A stretch of DNA of 64,000 nt from a virus (taxonomy: Duplodnaviria > Caudoviricetes): IMG/VR virus record IMGVR_UViG_3300032167_000006, one strand, 5' to 3'. Under the pieces are notes generated by a model, which saw only the letters and a list, made by a program, of their open reading frames with translations, ran no database searches and had not been told where the DNA came from. Shown piece by piece: positions 60,901 to 64,000 of this stretch. Every line of letters starts with the position of its first letter. The stretch's first letter is position 1. Both the position numbers and the translations under genes were made by a program.

Positions 60901-62760
60901 TTAACAAATGCTTCAGGTATATTTGCTAATTGTTTAAATATGACAGGTATAGCTTATAAATCATTATTTACTGGGGCTGAAAATATAACATCATTAGGAT
61001 ATAATAGATCTAGTCAGGCAATAATAGATAGTGCTATGTATTTATATACACTTGGAATATTTGCAAATACTAAAATTAGTGGTTATGCATCTGATTTGTT
61101 GAGTGATTTATCAAGTTTAATAAATGTATCTTGCTTATTTGCTAAGGGTACTTTATCTAATTTTAAAGGTACTAAAGATAACCCACCAACATTTACTCCA
61201 AGTTCGACTCATAGCAATTCGAATGTACTTAATACTACTTATTTTATATCTGAAGAGAAAACAGTACTAACACGCTGGTCTGATCAATTATTTATAAATA
61301 ATACCAATCTTAAATATGCTGATTATGTATTTGCTGGAAATACTGGAATGATTGGTTTTTGTGATGAAAATGGCAATGATACAAATGATGTACAATTGTT
61401 TTCAAAACAGGAAAACGATGAAGGTAAGTTTGTAAATAATACTGTAGAAAGTATAAATGGCATGTTCGCAGAGTGTTGTATTGCAAAAGAAGATACAGAT
61501 GGAGACATAACGTATATTGGTTTGCAAACGCCAATCCATAATACTATCTTTAAAGATTTAACTGCACTTGAAGATGCAAAAGATGTATTTATGAATTGCT
61601 ATGGCTTACCAGGTAAGCTTAATGCAGATATATTTGAAAATTGTCTATCTTTAGAAACAACAACAGGTATGTTTTATGGATGTAGTAATTTAGGTATAGA
61701 TGATGATAGTAATTCTATATCTATATCAAATAAGATATTTGATTATTGCAGAGATTCATTAATAGATGTATCGTATATGTTTACACAATGTGGTTTTGCT
61801 GGTAGAATCGGAATAGGAAGTGCTCCAACAAAAGATCCTGAAACTAATGAAATTATATCTTATGATAATAAAGGACTGCTTGCAGAATGTACATCACTGG
61901 TATCTGCTAAGGCCATGTTTGCTTTATGTAAAAATCTTAAAGGGGCTATACCTCAAGATCTATTCTATACTAGAGATCTTACTAGATTATATAGTAGCTT
62001 AAATAATATATCATACTTATTTAGTGGTTGTTGCGGATTAGGTAGATTTTATGGAGAACCTGCAGTAATAATAGGTGGTAATCCAGCTGTTATATATGAA
62101 GATTATATCAACAATGATGGTGATGTGGAATATAGACTTATACCAAGTAACTGGTTATCTAAATGCCCTGCTATAGCAGATATATCATATTTATTCTGTA
62201 ATATAGCTTCAAATAATAATATACCTCATATAAAAGAATCATCAGGTTTTAAAATAGATGATGATAATTATAGATTGGTACTTGATGAGTCCGTATTTTC
62301 AACTCAAATTTATATAACAAATGCTAAATTCGCATTTGCTAACATTAAGACATTAACAGGTAGTATTTCTAATGAATTTATGAAATATTGTTTATCTTTA
62401 TTAAAGGATGTTTCATTTATATTTGCAAAAAATATTAATTTAGAATCTGTTGGTGGTACTAGTGATACTGCAGTATTCCAATTATATTCTACATCTGAAG
62501 GTACTAATAATATTAATACAGCATTAAAAAATATTTCATATGCTTTTTACAGATGCGCAAATTTAACAGGATATGCTCCAGATAAAGATAAATTTAGATT
62601 TAATACATTTACAGGTATGGTGTATAATTGTCCTAATATAACTAATAAATCTATTTATGAAGGTACACAATACAGCCAAGTACCAGAAGAGTTATGGTCT
62701 GATTACTTTATTAATAGATGTGATACTCATACATGCAATTTTTCAAGAGTATTTAATTAA
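54934..62760 (+). CDS. giant virion protein: Ig-like / LamG-like / CotH-like kinase / LRR / surface repeats (2608 aa)
   Basis: WTHVCFV..LRIYDKAL; LQGTSS..KNYKIK, DNAGKN, YDMDT; LxxLxLxxC repeats; F..C..L...P..LF repeats; late motif. Confidence 0.75.
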   Translation: MSIKVLSNIEPKRPDLYKVTDGAYVGYENAKMEGVDNVSAAIDNIYGIITAEPTMEYHADYPEKQYWALDDTPIINFIYKTTIPGKYTISVTRNGIAIPIADKQRSGSGTISIQLPKATTQGLFAYEVSIVDGMGNINSLKYTFIYGGVTISSDFNNILNNKVFTVGDDLTFPISISYAEDGQRNISYFVYDSSGKEVKKGVKTLGDKDVNNETIDTEFKFTKKDLYTLKLEGNVNNALYSNKLEYSFNVLNPNSIAVSITQWPKNNPTTDDAISIGYRVITNIDELKDNNELCAILSIYKINDDLTETRIKSLTTPLTSGDIKMWNIGRISSDGNYKLKLEGGINGGSITDDIIVDSILYNLSIGKGGSSNYLNDSHLIAYFDANEMDNADKDPYIWESSKNSQYYFKLHGLNYQTNGWVTDENGQKMLSFTGDSYGEMRYKYTDDKGKLQDEAYCPMNYTNNGNTIEILFRSKCIGELGANVLTCRYGNSTASGGYILKYDNVSIATVGDENISRVISEDRWTHVCFVIDNDIRAEVIKDKVNLEDLNTFNSMKIYIDGCLSACNSIGDWKFAGNNDESSAKQLLLNAAYTGLNSFGEFGTCDIKLLRIYDKALTSTEVLGNYISSISDIEKRVAIQNKNNIDYADVPVIYFIRNKQGYIGDTAPVEKTFATLNTIQKKEGSGPTSKNSWVNCTVWYKYHDDSGNWYTEKYEDVDVYLQGTSSLKYAVKNYKIKLYKNSTIEETGEYDENGNPIILKKHGAKNKIIPPNKENDATWIVPDSTYTLKCDYMEQSHKNNTCTAIFYENLLSEIVNTDAVKNYGVNDKYSVAKQQKTTYYDANGEEITVNKFRDAINGFPVILYYNDNYINDNTIDLNETDDYGGNTQDVYAGTYMFNVDKEGKQLGFEINSGSNTPLSYTDDDGNEVVLDDITYDILPCVSFEGTTNIDTNGACGFYDYDLLSEDDKKGFSDKYAYIGATFEPRFTYVDDLEKKLEKKYRNEFMYDAEGNETNEYKTLVDEVIAKFVEEGKEYTEDDLQTAIDDAVNNIVTQIVDNIKNHVTFDKMYQTIKWVNANCNNEKKFKNEFKNYFSFTYCLAYYLQMMVFAQIDNAGKNAMFDTWGGVFYPRPYDMDTQMGFNNIGEDVIIPSAEINCYMTKEEITGDFKLFASIISGLPDADGNEYDPNKHIRFNSYNTLVSNLWNAFGTYFHEEIASTYKYLREKGIYNVDNICRLVDSYTTDIIGESFYNKDAVSKYINVNKYLFACQGNRSSRYRNFLEQRIIFLDTVYNYAKNNLNTNAGFRSAIVNVTGANTGVLGLTTYTPQYVNIRVGEECEITVYIDQDSKYNLNGTVYNGALLTLPFAGPDISVIISGAGNIKTIDHTAALYLKSYEIENCTKLNNIAITNSSMLESIKTLSNTYLRSVNLSGNRKLVSALTLAECKNLKEVDISNSAISSISLPEGAPLSLINLKNSKIGSLTLSGLQFIDNDGLNLEGCNNLTTLKISNCPNITELDISSLINLQELVIDNMPGLETLDLSSSKLNTFNITNCNNLKELKLDACSGNVLKDLNLTSLYSLEKLSLKNATCSDGIFISLPKYIKEYVDMPKDEQDNLTEEERKDYLWGESLTYIDVSGSSLKEIRYGGLKNVDDPVADMTQLTNLERTTWDNYSNTFNNCGMIQKIINFNIKGSLSETFRYCKSLTYVSGTVVDCTSLASSFYDCENIDEINLTFTDPRPTNADSIFYACFNLPVSYMNSILESNTTITSLNNAFYKCYKITGGTVAKGGMPNIACLPKLNSMYGGFLRCTNLKSIPQGYLNNNTKLTNLTYCFGDCTALESVPHSLFKNCTDLEGLRSCFTGCSALSSFFDNATNTEINQEDYSPYDILPAPVSGTNKITNISFLFSECKNLQFPTNKNGTTYSLYDFFKNAKNLTLAEGTFIGCGKLTEIPNGVLKENTKLISIIGIFKATGLESLPTNLFGNKTGTHTSLTNASGIFANCLNMTGIAYKSLFTGAENITSLGYNRSSQAIIDSAMYLYTLGIFANTKISGYASDLLSDLSSLINVSCLFAKGTLSNFKGTKDNPPTFTPSSTHSNSNVLNTTYFISEEKTVLTRWSDQLFINNTNLKYADYVFAGNTGMIGFCDENGNDTNDVQLFSKQENDEGKFVNNTVESINGMFAECCIAKEDTDGDITYIGLQTPIHNTIFKDLTALEDAKDVFMNCYGLPGKLNADIFENCLSLETTTGMFYGCSNLGIDDDSNSISISNKIFDYCRDSLIDVSYMFTQCGFAGRIGIGSAPTKDPETNEIISYDNKGLLAECTSLVSAKAMFALCKNLKGAIPQDLFYTRDLTRLYSSLNNISYLFSGCCGLGRFYGEPAVIIGGNPAVIYEDYINNDGDVEYRLIPSNWLSKCPAIADISYLFCNIASNNNIPHIKESSGFKIDDDNYRLVLDESVFSTQIYITNAKFAFANIKTLTGSISNEFMKYCLSLLKDVSFIFAKNINLESVGGTSDTAVFQLYSTSEGTNNINTALKNISYAFYRCANLTGYAPDKDKFRFNTFTGMVYNCPNITNKSIYEGTQYSQVPEELWSDYFINRCDTHTCNFSRVFN

Positions 62761-62770
62761 TACAATATTT

Positions 62771-62800
62771 ATACCCATAGGGATTACTCCCTATGGGTAT
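62771..62800. terminator. bidirectional terminator
   Basis: ATACCCATAGGGA-ttac-TCCCTATGGGTAT. Confidence 0.8.
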
Positions 62801-62805
62801 ACTTT

Positions 62806-63690
62806 TTATTTTATTTGAAGGTTTTCAACTAATTCTAAACCAGGATAATCAGATCTATATACAGCGTATGTCAATGTTGTAGTAATATTAGTTGAATTTT
62901 CATCAGTTTTATTTATAATACTAACATCACCTAATTTATCTTTATCTTCTCTATTATCATTAGTTATTTCTTTAATTTTATTATTAGAATAATTAAATGA
63001 TCCATTTTTTTTATTATACGATATAGTTATATCTACTACACCTATTAAATTAAAACCAGCTGGAAAATTATCATATATAAATGTAGCTACATCATTTTTA
63101 TCTTTTAAAGGGTAACAAAAATAAATATAATTTCCCTCATCAGCATATATTGTCAGTGTCATTTCTCTATTAGGTTTAAGTTGGCTTATTGAATCAGGAT
63201 TATTAGCAATAGGTTTAATAAAAGATTCAAAATTTTCAGCAGTACCATATAATATTCTGCTCATAACATTAATATTTTTATTAGATGTAGTAGTATTATT
63301 TTTATTATCTTTTATAGTAAGATGACATGTAGTATTATCTCTAATATTAAGTCCATTTGCTTTATAAGTTCCTTGTAAACCTGTAATATCAGGATAATAA
63401 GTATTATCACCAATTTTAAGCTCTATTTCTTTAGGTTCTCTATTAAATGAATAATTAAACGTAATAGAAGTAATTTGACCGCCCTTTTCTAAGCTAATAG
63501 GACTACCAGTAAATGCTGTAATTTTTGTAGGCTCACGAACCATTTCGCTCATTTCTTCTAATATTTCATCTATTTTTTGTTTTACAGTTATACCTTTTTC
63601 TTCATCATACCATACTGCGTTTGCACAAGTTTCAGGATGAATAAATTCACCATCTTTTTTAGCTATTGCAGCTTTTGCGATAATAGCCAT
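62806..63690 (-). CDS. fibre protein (PKT-like N-terminus, C-terminal beta domain)
   Basis: IHPETCANAV; YIYFCYP...AGF...YAVYRS, like C-termini of 27089 and 39876. Confidence 0.6.
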   Translation of the reverse strand: MAIIAKAAIAKKDGEFIHPETCANAVWYDEEKGITVKQKIDEILEEMSEMVREPTKITAFTGSPISLEKGGQITSITFNYSFNREPKEIELKIGDNTYYPDITGLQGTYKANGLNIRDNTTCHLTIKDNKNNTTTSNKNINVMSRILYGTAENFESFIKPIANNPDSISQLKPNREMTLTIYADEGNYIYFCYPLKDKNDVATFIYDNFPAGFNLIGVVDITISYNKKNGSFNYSNNKIKEITNDNREDKDKLGDVSIINKTDENSTNITTTLTYAVYRSDYPGLELVENLQIK

Positions 63691-63716
63691 AGTTATATCA
63701 CCTCATAATTTATATT

Positions 63717-63745
63717 TTCCAGGAGAGATTTATTCTCTCCTGGAA
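63717..63745 (-). terminator. stem-loop after the RNAP-like gene
   Basis: TTCCAGGAGAGA-tttat-TCTCTCCTGGAA. Confidence 0.65.
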
Positions 63746-63753
63746 TAGTATAT

Positions 63754-64000
63754 TTATTTTTTCATATCTTCTTCATAAATTTCATGTATTGTTGGCCATT
63801 TAACTTCAAGTATATCACAGCACTTACGCCATAATTCTATCATAAGTTTATTAAGCCCACCAACAAGAATTGGAGAACATATCATACGTCCATCTATAGC
63901 AGAACAAGAACTTATTGCATCAATAGGTTCATTAGGTCTAAAATCAGTATAAGGGGCATCTTCATTAGAATATAACGATTTAATAATATTCTTATTAGCA
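63754..64000 (-). CDS. C-terminal end of a phage multisubunit RNA polymerase beta-like subunit (partial)
   Basis: own translation ANKNIIK..Y....PYTDFRPNEPIDA....AIDGRMICS..VGGLNK; matches the K-x-I..P..D..RM pattern of beta-subunit C-terminal regions; not in the ORF track. Confidence 0.6.
   Translation of the reverse strand, partial: ANKNIIKSLYSNEDAPYTDFRPNEPIDAISSCSAIDGRMICSPILVGGLNKLMIELWRKCCDILEVKWPTIHEIYEEDMKK

Noticed and set aside
170-62002. Numerous short antisense or off-frame ORFs in the track (e.g. 170..358, 4648..5043, 31783..32097, 56313..56699)
   Set aside because: Nested in longer genes, no RBS; shadows of biased codon usage
1-64000. Stop-codon reassignment (as in some gut jumbo phages)
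   Set aside because: Very long ORFs are intact in the standard code, coding density is high, and TAG/TGA occur as real gene ends next to hairpins or new RBSs
1-64000. tRNA/rRNA genes, integrase, transposase, invertible shufflon, introns
   Set aside because: Intergenic gaps are short and explained by hairpins, promoters and RBSs; no recombinase motifs or long inverted repeats noticed (not excluded by computation)

Overview
Very AT-rich, gene-dense 64 kb segment of what looks like a jumbo phage of the AR9/PBS1/phiKZ-like type that encodes its own multisubunit RNA polymerase. The host is probably a Firmicute with an S-layer (strong GGAGG RBSs, SLH, CW_7 and CotH domains, clostridial-type ThyA). 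Lineage evidence: a partial RNAP beta-like C-terminus at the right edge, and 13 copies of an AR9-like late-promoter motif (RACA-N6-TAA) just upstream of structural genes. Contents: probable baseplate/tail genes (1.3-20.9 kb), holin-like genes, a minus-strand block with thyA, and a ~27 kb fibre/adhesin cluster (26.2-53.8 kb) followed by a 2608-aa CotH-kinase/LRR protein. The most striking pattern is a recurring terminal-motif 'grammar' in the fibre cluster: a given C-terminal motif is repeatedly followed by a gene starting with a given N-terminal domain. I infer a segmented, possibly branched fibre built from docking peptides. The same cluster carries two glycosyltransferases, a CotH kinase, a phosphoesterase and two cell-wall hydrolases. 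All family calls are from motif recognition by eye; no searches were run.
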